A stretch of 63,585 bases of DNA, the filler included. It is 8 parts of 8 records of this genome, joined end to end, with 100 filler letters (N's around TTAATTAATTAA, not from the genome) between each part and the next. Parts side by side here need not be neighbours in the genome. Positions count along the whole stretch, not along the records: positions 1 to 12,978 come from SRR31147125_39488; 7 more parts are not named here. The stretch is one strand, 5' to 3'. The notes beneath the pieces are model-generated. The model had not been told where the DNA came from, did not search any database, and saw only the letters and a list, made by a program, of their open reading frames with translations. Shown in pieces: positions 1 to 10,478 of this stretch. Made by a program: the position numbers and the translations under genes. Numbering within the stretch: position 1 is the stretch's first letter; each line of letters begins with the position of its first letter.

Positions 1-103
1 TGCAGCCTGAAACACACCGCCACCGCCGCCATATTCATACGCTGTTAACCCAGCCCCTGGTTGAAAGAAAGTAAAGAGGTTGCGCTGCCAGGGTGGATGG
101 TTG

Positions 104-970
104 CTACGCCTCGAAGTTCTGCAGTGCCGCGATGCGCTGCTCCAGCGGCGGATGGCTGCGGAACAACGCTGCGAGGCCCCCTGTCTTGGGCCGGATGCCG
201 AACGCCGCCATCTGGTCCGGGAGCTTGGACGGCTCGTGGTGGGCCTGCAGGGCCTTGAGCGCATCGATCATCTTCTGGCGACCGGCCAGCGTGGCCGCGC
301 CACTGTCCGCCCGGAACTCGCGCTTGCGCGAGAACCACATCACGATGATGGACGCGAACAGGCCGAGGACGAGTTCCAGCACGATGGTCACCGCCATGTA
401 GCCCAAGAAACCGAGCCCGCCGCCCTCCTCGTCGGAGCGCAGGAAGTTGTCGATGATACCTGCCACCATACGCGACAGGAAGATCACGAAGGTGTTGAGT
501 ACGCCCTGGATGAGCGCCAGCGTGACCATGTCGCCGTTCGCAACGTGGCTCACCTCGTGGGCCAGCACCGCCTCGACCTCGTCGCGCTTCATGTTGTGCA
601 GCAGGCCGGTGGAGACCGCCACCAGCGCGTCATTTTTCTTCATGCCGGTCGCGAACGCGTTCATGTCCGGCGCGTCATACACCGCCACCTCGGGCATGCC
701 GATCCCGGCCATTTCAGCCTGGCGCCTCACCGTGTCCACCAGCCACTGCTCGGACTGGTTCTGGGGCTGATCAATGACGCGAGCCCGGGTCGATCTCTTG
801 GCAATCCATTTGGACATCGCCAGCGAGATGAACGACCCGCCCATGCCGAAAATAGCTGCAAAGAACAGCAGCCCCGACGTCTGCGTGGTGTCGATGCCGA
901 AAAAAGACATCACGATCCCGAGCAGCACGAGGATGGACAGGTTTGTTGCCAGATAGAGTAGGATTCTCAT
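104..970 (-). CDS. htpX: Zn-dependent membrane protease HtpX (M48)
   Basis: 288 aa; N-terminal TM pair; NAFATG, HEVSH zinc motif followed by [15 protein letters not shown] and SHPPL; GGAGG RBS upstream. Confidence 0.96.
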   Translation of the reverse strand: MRILLYLATNLSILVLLGIVMSFFGIDTTQTSGLLFFAAIFGMGGSFISLAMSKWIAKRSTRARVIDQPQNQSEQWLVDTVRRQAEMAGIGMPEVAVYDAPDMNAFATGMKKNDALVAVSTGLLHNMKRDEVEAVLAHEVSHVANGDMVTLALIQGVLNTFVIFLSRMVAGIIDNFLRSDEEGGGLGFLGYMAVTIVLELVLGLFASIIVMWFSRKREFRADSGAATLAGRQKMIDALKALQAHHEPSKLPDQMAAFGIRPKTGGLAALFRSHPPLEQRIAALQNFEA

Positions 971-1119
971 GAATGCCTCCGTATTATTTTAATAACAAAA
1001 CAGTACCTTATCAGTCCGGACAAAGATAATCACTGTAGATTTCTTTTCCATGAGGATCGAATAGGATTGCGAAATTGTAATGGAGTTCGCCTCGCGAGCG
1101 GCGCTCATCGGCAGGCACA

Positions 1120-1854
1120 TTACAGCGCAAATGTCTGATCCGCGTATCGGGCGAGAGCGTCAATATCCAGGATTACGATTTCTTTCTTGGTTGCTGTTTC
1201 AATAATCGATTCTTTCTTGAGATCATTAATAACCTTGCTGAACGTGGCACGGTGGAGGCCCAATGCCGTTGCCATCTCCTGCTGCGATATTTTGGGATCA
1301 AACCGGTTTTTCAACCCACTGTACCGGCAAATATCGTAGAGAAGCCTGCAGACTTTTCCCCGTACGTCCGTGTTCACCATTTCGCAATGATGGTGAAGCA
1401 AAACTCCTATCTTATAAGCGAGATATTCAAACAGGTTTTGGGTAAGTGCAGGATAGGAGGGGATGATCTGCTCCAGCACTGTTTCCCTCTTGAAAAAGTA
1501 CAGGGTACAATCTTCCACTGCCGTAAACAGAGCATATACCGGCATGCCGTTGAACAGTGCGGCGTCACCGAGGATGTTGTTTTCCGTGACGTAGAGAAGA
1601 ATCGCCTCCCGCCCGTCCTCGGCAACGGAATTAAGCCTGAGAATTCCTTTCCGGTTGAAATAGAAACCATCAACCATTTCCCCTTCACCAAGCAGCGTCT
1701 CGTTTCTTGGCAACTCGATCCGCTGTGCGAGATTGAGGACCTCCAGCCAGGGGGTGCACATCGCCTGCATCCAGATCGAAAAATGGTGCCGATTCTGTGA
1801 AGCCTTACTCGGCGCTATATCTGCAAAAGGTTTCCCGTCCACATCATCCCGCAT
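1120..1854 (-). CDS. Crp/Fnr family transcriptional regulator
   Basis: cNMP-binding-type beta-roll (GREAIL...ILGDAALF) and C-terminal HTH (ISQQEMATALGLHRATFSKVINDL); start codon uncertain. Confidence 0.9.
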   Translation of the reverse strand: MRDDVDGKPFADIAPSKASQNRHHFSIWMQAMCTPWLEVLNLAQRIELPRNETLLGEGEMVDGFYFNRKGILRLNSVAEDGREAILLYVTENNILGDAALFNGMPVYALFTAVEDCTLYFFKRETVLEQIIPSYPALTQNLFEYLAYKIGVLLHHHCEMVNTDVRGKVCRLLYDICRYSGLKNRFDPKISQQEMATALGLHRATFSKVINDLKKESIIETATKKEIVILDIDALARYADQTFAL

Positions 1855-1956
1855 TAAATAACGAACGAAATCGGCATATTAACGGCTATTCCACTCTTAT
1901 AAGAATAGCAGATAATATCAGATGTTCCAAGCGGAACATGATGTAGTGTGAAGAGT

Positions 1957-3057
1957 CTACTGAATAGAGCGGGCGAGTTCTCCGGCTCGCTGCAGTGCTG
2001 CGACCGCCATCTCCGAGGTTACCGGAAACGACATGTTGTGCATACGGCTGCCCGGGCGACAGGCGAACTCGGCGATGGTCTTCAGGTGGTGATCCCGGAC
2101 CTGCGTGAGGCCCAGCATTTCGAGACTGCCGGGCAATCCGATGGTGTGATAGAATTCGAGCAGGTCGAGAATAAATTCATCGGTTCGGTTTTCCAGGGCG
2201 AGTTGGCCGATCAGCCCGACCGCGACCTCTTCTCCATGCAACGACCCGTGGGTTTCCCGAATCTGGCTGAACCCCTGGCTGAACGCGTGGGCCGCCGCTA
2301 CACCACACCCCTCGAACCCGAGGCCGCTCAATAAGATATTGGTCTCGATTATCTTCTCGAGGCTGTCCGTGAGCACGCCTTTTTTATGATCGGAAACGGC
2401 GGCGACACCGTAGTCCCGTATCAGTCCATAGCTCAGTTCGGCAATGGCGGACATGGTTTCTCCCGGACGCCCGTCAAGGAAGTTCTTAGCTCCGGAATCC
2501 CGGCACTGACGTGCCTCAAACCAGGTTGCCACCGCATCTCCCATGCCGGCGAGCAGATAGCGAAGCGGTGCGGACGCGATAACCGCACTGTCGACGATAA
2601 CCGCGTCAGGGTTCTCCCGCATGGTCAACGGTCCGCGAAAGGAACCATCCGTATTATAGGTGATGATCATACGGGAGGTGGGAGCATCGTTTGACGCGAT
2701 CGTCGGGACAATAACGACGGGAAGGCCCAGTTTCAGCTTTACCGCTTTGGAAACATCTATTGCTTTGCCTCCCCCGACGCCGACGGCAAAATCACATTGT
2801 TCCGATTCTGCCCGTTCAACGACCTTATCGATGTTCTCAAGGGATGCCTCGCCTTCGAAATCGAAGTAAACCGGGTACATCGAATGGGACTTCAATGCCT
2901 TCTCTATGCGCGTGCCGACAAGTTCCTTTTCAAACGAACCGGCCACGATCAATGGGCGTTTCCCCAAAAAATTGATCAAATCACCCATGTGATCGATCAC
3001 GTCGGGACCTTGATGATATACCAGTGGAAACCCCATAGAGAGCATTGCAGACTCCAT
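1957..3057 (-). CDS. gldA: Glycerol dehydrogenase family (metal-dependent ADH superfamily)
   Basis: YHQG N-terminus, GVGGGKAID, PTIASNDAPTS, AGMGDA, GVAAAHA and LHGEEVA motifs; substrate not certain. Confidence 0.82.
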   Translation of the reverse strand: MESAMLSMGFPLVYHQGPDVIDHMGDLINFLGKRPLIVAGSFEKELVGTRIEKALKSHSMYPVYFDFEGEASLENIDKVVERAESEQCDFAVGVGGGKAIDVSKAVKLKLGLPVVIVPTIASNDAPTSRMIITYNTDGSFRGPLTMRENPDAVIVDSAVIASAPLRYLLAGMGDAVATWFEARQCRDSGAKNFLDGRPGETMSAIAELSYGLIRDYGVAAVSDHKKGVLTDSLEKIIETNILLSGLGFEGCGVAAAHAFSQGFSQIRETHGSLHGEEVAVGLIGQLALENRTDEFILDLLEFYHTIGLPGSLEMLGLTQVRDHHLKTIAEFACRPGSRMHNMSFPVTSEMAVAALQRAGELARSIQ

Positions 3058-3128
3058 AAAGAGACTTCCTGCGGCAATGGAGGAGGTGTGGGCCGCAGGA
3101 AGCTCTTAAAAAAACTATTAATATTTGA

Positions 3129-4150
3129 TTACTTGACGCCAGCTTCCTTTTTCGCTTTATCAACAGCGGTAATGAGGATGTTCAGCCATTTGTCACCATA
3201 TTTCCCTTTGTACCAGTCCATCATCGCGTCCCGCGCAAACAGGAAGGATTCCCTTTCCTCAGCATTGGGCTCGTAGATTACACCGCCTCCATCTACAAAG
3301 GTTTTGTTGGCGATGTCTTCCTGGTTCTTATTGAATTTTGTCTGGACGGCAGAGCCATGAACAAACCCGTCGAGAACGACCTGGCGGGTATCTTCCTGCA
3401 GGGTGTTGAGCCACGCCTCGCTTACCCAGTAGAAGCCAAACAGGAAGGTGTGACGGTCGAGGGTGCCGTACGTGATACTTTCATTGAATTTATTGGAGAT
3501 AATGTCCGGAGTCGCGTTTTTGGTTCCGTCAACGACGCCGGTGGCAAGAGCGGTATACAGCTCCCCCATGATACCGGAGTTGCCGAACCACCGAGCTTAT
3601 TGACGAATTCCTGCTGGAGCGGGGAATTGATGGTCCTGATTTTCATTCCCTTCATATCCGCTGCACTCTTGATCTGCTTATCGGTAGTGTAGAAAGAACG
3701 CCAGCGGCCACCGTCACTCACTCCTGCCAGAACGACGTTGGACAGCTTGGACTTGACCGCTTCTCCCATCTGGCCGAAAAAATCACCTTCCATCAATTTA
3801 TAGACAACCTCATCCCCCGGGATGACGTATTGCAGATCCAATACGGCCAGTTCAGGCATGAACGGGGTAATACCGGCGATTGACGTGTGAACCGCCTGTA
3901 CGGCATCCGCCTGGACCTGCTCCATTACTTCCTGATAGTTGCCCAGCTGGTTGCCGGGGTAAATCTCCACCTCCACCTTTCCCTGGGACTTCTCCTCAAT
4001 GTAGCTCTTTATCGCGGTTGCGCCGACATAGTCATCATTGATATCCGACGCAGGGCCAGCATGGGACAGCATCATCGTGTACTCCGCTGCCTGCAGCGGG
4101 GCAGCAATAAACAGAATCGCCGCGATAATAAAAATCCTCGAATTCCTCAT
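3129..4150 (-). CDS. dctP: TRAP substrate-binding protein DctP (one frameshift, probably sequencing error)
   Basis: Signal peptide, YPGNQLG and KGMKIRT motifs; ORFs 3422..4150 and 3129..3569 join as VSWGELYTAL if one C is added to the C5 run at 3563-3567. Confidence 0.88.
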
Positions 4151-4191
4151 GTCCTATCCTCCTTTGTTTTAGTTAAACTGGTAACCCCAGG

Positions 4192-5477
4192 TTAAACTGG
4201 TAACCCCAGTAATTTCGGCAGGCTGAGTGAAAGCGCCGGCCAGTATGTAATGAGCAGAATGACAATCAGGTGCACCAGGTAATACGGCAGCATTGCCCTG
4301 ACAATCCTGGAGACACTGAGTTTGGTAATGGATGAAGCAGCAAACAACACGAGCCCGAATGGAGGCGTCGCGAGCCCTACGGTGAGGTTCAGGCACATCA
4401 CGACGGCGAAGTGTGTCGGGTTGATTCCCAACTGGGCCAGCGAGGGTCCTAAAATCGGTCCGAGAATAAGAATGGCCGGGCCGGCGTCCAGAAACATCCC
4501 GATAATGAACAGCAGGATGTTGGCGATAAAGAGAAACAGGTACGGGTTGTCTGTAACAGACAGGATAAACGTTGCCAGATTCTGGGGAACCCGCGTGATG
4601 GTCAGAACCCAGCCGAACATCGCTGCGGAGCCGATAATGAGCAGGATCACGGCGGCCGACATACCCGCCCTGTTGAAAATCCCCGGCAGTTCACTGAATT
4701 TCATGGTTTTCAATACGAACAGGCTCAAAGCCAGCGCGTAGGCGACCGCGATAATTGCGGCCTCCGTGGGGCTGACGATCGAGAACAGGATGCCCGCGAG
4801 GATGATCAGAGGCGTCAGCAGAGGAGAAAGCTTGCCTTTCCCGCACTTGCCATCTCTCTGACCGTTGCCCTCTCCTGTCTGGGGTATCCCCGACGTTTCG
4901 CCAGATACGAAGTCATGATCATGAGGGCGATCCCCATGGTCAGACCGGGCAGGACGCCTGCCGCAAAGAGAGCACCCGTGGAGACCTCCATTATGTAGGA
5001 GTAGACGATCATGATAATCGATGGCGGTATAATCGGGCCGATGATTGAACTTGCCGCAGTCACCGCTGCCGAGAAATCCCTGGGGTAGCCGTCCTTTTCC
5101 ATACCGGGAATGAGGATCGACCCCAGCGCCGACGTATCGGCGACCGCCGATCCGGACAAACCGGCAAACATGATGGAACTGAGGATATTAACCTGAGCGA
5201 GGCCGCCATGAAAATGGCCGACAAGTGTTCGAGCGAAATGAACCAACCGTTCGGTAATCCCGCCGCGGTTCATCAATTCGCCCGCGAGGATGAAGAGCGG
5301 TACTGCCAGCAGCGCAAACTGATTGATACCGGCGAAGTCGCGCTGAATCATGATCTTGTAGAGATTTTCCTTGCCCTGCACGAGAAAATCGATACTGGGC
5401 CCGAATATCAGCGCGAAAACGATAGGAACGCCCAGCAGCCCGGCGGCAACGACCAGAATCAGGTAAAGGGGAATCAT
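4192..5477 (-). CDS. dctM: TRAP large permease DctM (one frameshift near 4824)
   Basis: LLAVPLFILAG, GLSGSAVAD, GPIIPPSI and GLATPPFG motifs; ORFs 4815..5477 and 4192..4728 join with one added base (FLPLLTPLII). Confidence 0.88.
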
Positions 5478-5989
5478 TGCGCCTTCCTCGACACGAGTTG
5501 TTTAAAGTCAATCATGTCTTTCACCAACAATTCCAGACACACGATACCCAAAAGAAGAAATCCTACCGGTAAAGCCAGATAGGCATACCCGAATTTCAGC
5601 CAGTCCATACTCGGAATGATTCTCTGCATCCCCATCTTGGTAAATGAAACCCCGTACCAGACCATGAACCAGCAAACGTAGATGATGGTCAGGCTCACCG
5701 CTATTTTCAGAAACTGACGAACACCCGACGGAAATTTTTCAACCAGCAGATCGATTGCCACATGGTCACGCTTTCTCATGGCGACAACAGAGCCGGCCAG
5801 CACCATCCAGACCAGAAGAAAACAGGTGGCATCTTCAGCCCATGTAATCGGGTTGTTGAGGAAATACCGGCTCGAAACCGCGGCAAAAAGAATGACCGAT
5901 ATAGCAGCAAGTCCGATGGTCACTACCAGGGAACAGACCTGGCAGAGCACGTCGTTAAGCCGAACCAGCATCCTGTGAACCATCTTCAT
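5474..5989 (-). CDS. dctQ: TRAP small permease DctQ
   Basis: 171 aa, four hydrophobic segments, RYFLNNPITWAED and HVAIDLL motifs; overlaps the dctM start. Confidence 0.9.
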   Translation of the reverse strand: MKMVHRMLVRLNDVLCQVCSLVVTIGLAAISVILFAAVSSRYFLNNPITWAEDATCFLLVWMVLAGSVVAMRKRDHVAIDLLVEKFPSGVRQFLKIAVSLTIIYVCWFMVWYGVSFTKMGMQRIIPSMDWLKFGYAYLALPVGFLLLGIVCLELLVKDMIDFKQLVSRKAQ

Positions 5990-6046
5990 TCCTGCCCTCC
6001 GTCTCCTGGAAAAATCAGTAGATGAACAAACTCAATATGGTTTTTA

Positions 6047-6089
6047 AGTATACTTGAACCGTTGACAGCAAACTGTCGTGCAAACGACA
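6047..6089 (-). promoter_or_regulatory. Class II Crp/Fnr-type promoter: TGTCG-N6-CGACA site plus -10 box
   Basis: Palindrome TGTCGtgcaaaCGACA at 6074-6089; minus-strand TATACT at 6052-6047 places the site centre about 41.5 nt upstream of a predicted TSS near 6040. Confidence 0.65.
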
Positions 6090-6140
6090 CTTTCACTTTT
6101 TTGGTCTTGGGGGAGGAGTGATGGGAAGGGAAAGGGGAAC

Positions 6141-6173
6141 CAAATATATGGGGGTCAGACCACTATTTATTTG
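6141..6173. repeat. Single REP-like imperfect palindrome (GGGGTCAGACC core)
   Basis: caaata...ggggtcagaccac...tatttg; core related to the GGGGACAGACCCC arms at 7832-7895. Confidence 0.45.
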
Positions 6174-6225
6174 CGGCGCGGAGAATCTAGCTCCGCGCCG
6201 TAATGCCCATCTATTGAAACGTGGA

Positions 6226-7122
6226 TCAGTCTTTTTTGTACAGGTCCGCGAAGAAATCTACCATTTCCGGAACCATGTTGGTTCCGCAGCCGCTCGAGTT
6301 GGCAACTGAGAGCGCGTTTTTGGTGGCCGGCGAGATGAAGCTCGGGACCTTGAAGTCATCGGCCATGCTGGAGTAGTAGCCGACATCCTTGAGCCCGTTG
6401 ACGATGGAGAACGCAAGCTGCTGCGGGTCCTTGTCCACCGCGTTGGCCTTGATCCAGTCCATCATGCCCGAACGCAGCGGCCCCGACGACATCACCTCGT
6501 AGAGCGTTTCGCGCTTGAGCCCGGCCAGATCAGCCATCGCGAAGGCCTCGGACATCGCACAGGCAGTGGTCATCGCGAAAAAATTGTTGATCAGCTTGAG
6601 GGTGTGGCCGGCACCGATCGGCCCGACGTGGAAGACATTCTCCCCGAGGTCTTCGAGTACCGATTTCGCCCGCTCGAAGTCCTCCTCATCGCCCGCTCCC
6701 ATGATGTTGAGCAGCCCGTCGACCGCCTGGGCCGGGGTGCGTCCGAGCGGCGCATCCATCATCGACGCACCTCTGTCCTTGCACTCCTGGTAGAGGGCGC
6801 GGGTCGAACCAGGGATCGATGTACCGAAGTCGATAACCAGTGCGCCTTCCTGAATTCCCGCAAGCACGCCGCTGTCGCCGCGCATCACCGTGTTCACCGC
6901 ATCCGAGGTGTCCACGCAGAGCATGACAACCTCGCTGTTTTTAGCCACTTCCGCCGGGCTCGACGCCTCGACGGCACCGCGCGCCACCGCGTCCTCGATC
7001 GGCTTGCGGTTGCGGTTCGCGACGACGGTCAGCTCATAGTCGAGGTCCTGCAGACGTTTGACCATTGCCGAGCCCATCAGACCCAGCCCGATAAATCCGA
7101 TTTTCGGTTTCTTCTCACTCAT
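6226..7122 (-). CDS. NAD(P)-dependent oxidoreductase, beta-hydroxyacid dehydrogenase (3-hydroxyisobutyrate DH/GarR) family
   Basis: IGFIGLGLMG Rossmann motif, DAPLGR, GAGHTLKLINN catalytic-Lys motif. Confidence 0.9.
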   Translation of the reverse strand: MSEKKPKIGFIGLGLMGSAMVKRLQDLDYELTVVANRNRKPIEDAVARGAVEASSPAEVAKNSEVVMLCVDTSDAVNTVMRGDSGVLAGIQEGALVIDFGTSIPGSTRALYQECKDRGASMMDAPLGRTPAQAVDGLLNIMGAGDEEDFERAKSVLEDLGENVFHVGPIGAGHTLKLINNFFAMTTACAMSEAFAMADLAGLKRETLYEVMSSGPLRSGMMDWIKANAVDKDPQQLAFSIVNGLKDVGYYSSMADDFKVPSFISPATKNALSVANSSGCGTNMVPEMVDFFADLYKKD

Positions 7123-7181
7123 GATATCGCTCCTTCGTTGATTGTTGGACGGCAGCCGATGTGCAGCCCTGTCGCTCTTAC

Positions 7182-7811
7182 TTATTGAGCAGACAGGAGC
7201 TCCACCGCCACGCTTATCCTGTGTTTAATTTCCCGCCACTTCCCTTCGGCCATCAACTGCTCGGGACTCAACCAGGTACCCCCGCAGCAGAGCACGTTGT
7301 CGAGCGCCAGATAATCGCGCAGGTTGTCCTGGTTGATGCCGCCGGTCGGCATGAACTGTATATCCGCATAGAGTGCCTTGAACAGACTCAGCATCGCGGG
7401 ACCGCCGCTCAGCGATGCCGGGAAAAACTTCAGACTGGTCAATCCCCTCTCCCGCGCCATCTGGACCTCACTCGGTGTACAGACTCCCGGAAAGAAATCG
7501 ACGGAGAGGCTCCTGCAGTACTCCGCCAGATTCGCGGTACACCCGGGGCTGACGATGGCACGTGCCCCGCTGTCCAGCGCCAGGTCGACCTGTTCGGGGG
7601 TCAATACGGTGCCGGCGATCAACACCACGTCCGGATATTCCCGGTGAATCCGCTCCATCGCCCCGGCCGCATGACTGGTGCGAAAGGTGACTTCGATTAC
7701 CGGCAGGTCGCACTCGAGCAGTACCTCGGCAAGCCTGAGTCCCGCCTCAACGGAAGGCAGGGATACGACGGGCACCAGCTGCAGCCGGCCTAACCGCTCT
7801 ACGAGATTCAT
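7182..7811 (-). CDS. eda: KDPG/KHG aldolase
   Basis: IEVTFRT, AGTVL, VSPG, PGVCTPSE, LKFFPA and FMPTGGI motifs; start reassigned to ATG at 7811 behind AGGAAGGAG. Confidence 0.95.
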   Translation of the reverse strand: MNLVERLGRLQLVPVVSLPSVEAGLRLAEVLLECDLPVIEVTFRTSHAAGAMERIHREYPDVVLIAGTVLTPEQVDLALDSGARAIVSPGCTANLAEYCRSLSVDFFPGVCTPSEVQMARERGLTSLKFFPASLSGGPAMLSLFKALYADIQFMPTGGINQDNLRDYLALDNVLCCGGTWLSPEQLMAEGKWREIKHRISVAVELLSAQ

Positions 7812-7831
7812 CTGTTTTCGGCTCCTTCCTG

Positions 7832-7895
7832 CAAAAAAAGGGGGACAGACCCCAATTTTGAAATTATAAATTTGGGGTCTGTCCCCCTTTTTTTG
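7832..7895. repeat. REP doublet (REPIN-like) perfect 24-bp inverted repeat
   Basis: CAAAAAAAGGGGGACAGACCCCAA (7832-7855) and its exact reverse complement (7872-7895) around a 16-nt AT-rich loop. Confidence 0.85.
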
Positions 7896-7987
7896 TCGCC
7901 CGGTAACTCTATATCGGGATTGCAGGTAATGCAAACAGTTTGGGCCGTCTCCCGTCCTCTCTCCCTGCCCCGTACTGAAAGACGACC

Positions 7988-8016
7988 TTGACAGAAGCCG
8001 GTGCGACTGCTAATAG
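7988..8016 (+). promoter_or_regulatory. Possible sigma70 promoter for the Zn-dehydrogenase/kdgK operon
   Basis: TTGACA at 7988-7993, 17-nt spacer, TG-C-TAATAG (imperfect extended -10). Confidence 0.35.
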
Positions 8017-8137
8017 AGCGAGTTGACCGTTACAAACATGCGGCTCACCGTTTGCTACCGCCCGCCTTCACCGAACACGCGGGTTCCCGGTTCCGGCATC
8101 ATCACAGCCGCAGCATCTCAACGACAGGAAGCCAACC

Positions 8138-9157
8138 ATGAAAGCAGTGGAAATCAGCGACACCAGGCTCGTCACGATCATCAACAAAGACGAACCGAGA
8201 ATCGAACAGCCCGACGACGTCATCGTCAAGATCAAATCGGTCTCCATCTGCGGAACCGATGTCCACACCTTCCAGAACGAGCACCCCTTCGTGAAGCCAC
8301 CGGTCGTTGTCGGTCACGAGTGCGGTGGCGAGGTAGTCGAGTGCGGCAGCTCCGTGAGCTCTATCGCGGTCGGGGACCGGGTTGCAATCGACCCCGTGTT
8401 CGGATGCGGTACCTGCCGTGCATGTAAGTCCGGCAGGGCAAACGCCTGTGCCGACGTAAAGTGCCGCGGCGTGCACGTGGAAGGCGCCATGCAGGAGTAT
8501 TTCAAGATTCGCGAATGCGACGTGCACAAGCTGCCCGAGTCGGTCGAAGACATCGAGCTCGGTGCCGTCGTCGAGCCCATGGCCATCGGAGCCCAGGCAT
8601 GCTGGCGCGGCAACGTGTCGCAGGACCAGGTCGTCCTCGTCTTCGGTGCTGGCCCGATCGGCGTCGCGGTGATGCTCAACGCCCACTGCCTGGGTGCACG
8701 CTCCATCGTTATCGACATGAAGGAAGACCGGCTGCAGCGGGCCCGTGATTTCGGGGCGCTGGCCGCCTTCTCCGCAACCACCCCCGACCTCAAGGCCAAG
8801 GTCCTCGACCTGACCGACGGCGAGGGGCCGCACGTGACCTGCGACGCGGTCGGCCACCCGCGCATCTTCGAGCAGTGCATCGACCTCGTCGCCCCTACCG
8901 GGCACGTCGTGCTGCTCGGCATGGACGGACAGCCCAACAATGTCACCGAGCTGCAGATCTTCAAGAAAGAGATGTCCGTAGTTGGCAGCCGGATGAACTC
9001 GAATATGTTCCCGACGATCCTCGAACGGGTCGCGGCCGGACAGATGAAGCTCGAGAACATGGTGTCGCACCGCTTCCCCACCGACCAGGCCACCGAGGCA
9101 TTTACGATGGCCGTGGAGCAGCCGGAGGGATTTCTAAAAGCTATGGTTACGTTTTAA
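8138..9157 (+). CDS. Zinc-binding sugar-acid dehydrogenase (YjmD/RspB/L-gulonate-DH-like, MDR family)
   Basis: ICGTD, GHE, structural-Zn CGTCRACKSGRANAC and GAGPIG motifs; hexuronate context. Confidence 0.88.
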   Translation: MKAVEISDTRLVTIINKDEPRIEQPDDVIVKIKSVSICGTDVHTFQNEHPFVKPPVVVGHECGGEVVECGSSVSSIAVGDRVAIDPVFGCGTCRACKSGRANACADVKCRGVHVEGAMQEYFKIRECDVHKLPESVEDIELGAVVEPMAIGAQACWRGNVSQDQVVLVFGAGPIGVAVMLNAHCLGARSIVIDMKEDRLQRARDFGALAAFSATTPDLKAKVLDLTDGEGPHVTCDAVGHPRIFEQCIDLVAPTGHVVLLGMDGQPNNVTELQIFKKEMSVVGSRMNSNMFPTILERVAAGQMKLENMVSHRFPTDQATEAFTMAVEQPEGFLKAMVTF

Positions 9158-9300
9158 AGCACTCTACAAATGGTCTTTTGGCCCAATCTCTGCGTTGTGA
9201 TCTGCATTTTCATCCTCGACATAGCGCTGCTATGCCTGCGGTAAAAATACAGATCACGCCTTGATCTTGAACCAAAATCCGCATTTGTAGTGCACTTTAA
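9154..9300. repeat. About 147-bp palindromic MITE-like element
   Basis: Imperfect terminal IR TTAAAG..CTACAAATG / CATTTGTAG..CTTTAA; inner stems GTGATCTG/CAGATCAC and CATAGC/GCTATG; overlaps the upstream TAA stop. Confidence 0.7.
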
Positions 9301-9390
9301 GTATAGTTTAGAGCTTCTTTACGTTTAAAAAGGCTAGAATAGAATTATTTTTCATATTCCTGACAATGATATGAGAGGGATCGAGGAGTT

Positions 9391-10350
9391 ATGACCGAAC
9401 AGATGAAAATCGCGCTCATCGGTGAGTGCATGATCGAGCTCAACGAGATATCGCCCGGCGTGATCAGCCAGACCTTCGGCGGCGATACGCTGAACACCGC
9501 CATCTATTGTGCACGCCTGGCCCGGGAACTGCCGCTGGCGATCGATTACGTGACTGCACTGGGCGACGACACATTCAGCGACCGCATGGTCGCGTTCTGG
9601 GAACGCGAGGCCGTCGGCAGTTCCCTGGTGCTGAGGGAGCCGCGGGAGACACCGGGTCTCTACTACATCGAACTCGACGATGCCGGCGAGCGGATCTTCC
9701 ACTACTGGCGCTCCACCGCCGCTGCCAAGAAATGTTTCGAATTCGGTGACAGTGAGCGCATCATCGACGCGCTGGCCGATTACGACGGGATCTACCTGAG
9801 CGGCATCAGCCTCGCGATCCTCACACCCACCAGCAGGGAGCGGCTGATCGTGCGGCTCGAAGAGCTGGCGGCAGCCGGCACCGCCGTCTATTTCGACTGC
9901 AACTACCGTCCTCACCTGTGGAATTCTGCCGGGGAGGCGATCGCAGCGTACGGCAGACTCTACCCGATCAGCGAGATCGTCTTCCTGACCACGGAAGAGG
10001 CTGACGTGCTGCTTGATGGCGCGGGTGAGGAAGAGACGCACCGGCTACTCCGCGAGGCCGGCGCGGGCGAATCGGTCCTGAAGGACGGCGAGAAGCCGTG
10101 TTCGATTTATTGTAACGGCTCCACGATCAGTGTGCCGGCTATCACGGTGGACAGGGTTGTCGACACAACGGCGGCCGGGGATTCATTCAGCGCCGTCTAC
10201 CTGGTCGCAAGGAAATTCGGCTGCAGTCCGGAGAATGCCGCGACGATGGCGCATCAGACCGCCGGATACGTGGTGCAGCACAAGGGCGCGATCGCCCCGA
10301 TCGAGGAGATGAGCGTCTCCGGGCGGGATATTCTGGGGTGTGCCCGGTAA
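9391..10350 (+). CDS. kdgK: 2-keto-3-deoxygluconate kinase (PfkB family)
   Basis: IGECMIEL, GGDTLNTAIY, GERIFHYWR, FDCNYRP and DTTAAGDSF motifs. Confidence 0.93.
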   Translation: MTEQMKIALIGECMIELNEISPGVISQTFGGDTLNTAIYCARLARELPLAIDYVTALGDDTFSDRMVAFWEREAVGSSLVLREPRETPGLYYIELDDAGERIFHYWRSTAAAKKCFEFGDSERIIDALADYDGIYLSGISLAILTPTSRERLIVRLEELAAAGTAVYFDCNYRPHLWNSAGEAIAAYGRLYPISEIVFLTTEEADVLLDGAGEEETHRLLREAGAGESVLKDGEKPCSIYCNGSTISVPAITVDRVVDTTAAGDSFSAVYLVARKFGCSPENAATMAHQTAGYVVQHKGAIAPIEEMSVSGRDILGCAR

Positions 10351-10478
10351 GGGATGAATACGCTTGCTTCCGGGGCGAGGACAGAGTGTGCCTGCAGTCC
10401 CCTGATAGCAGGATCTCGTAGGTGATACATACAAAAACCGCCGGGGCTCTTTGTCCCGGCCTACAAGGAGAGAACATC

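Noticed and set aside
3563..3567. Phase variation or programmed frameshifting in dctP (likewise dctM, AEC, mnmA, AraC and the permease)
   Set aside because: The runs are short (at most about 7 nt), and the same defect hits essential ribosomal genes in an unrelated contig, which points to sequencing error.
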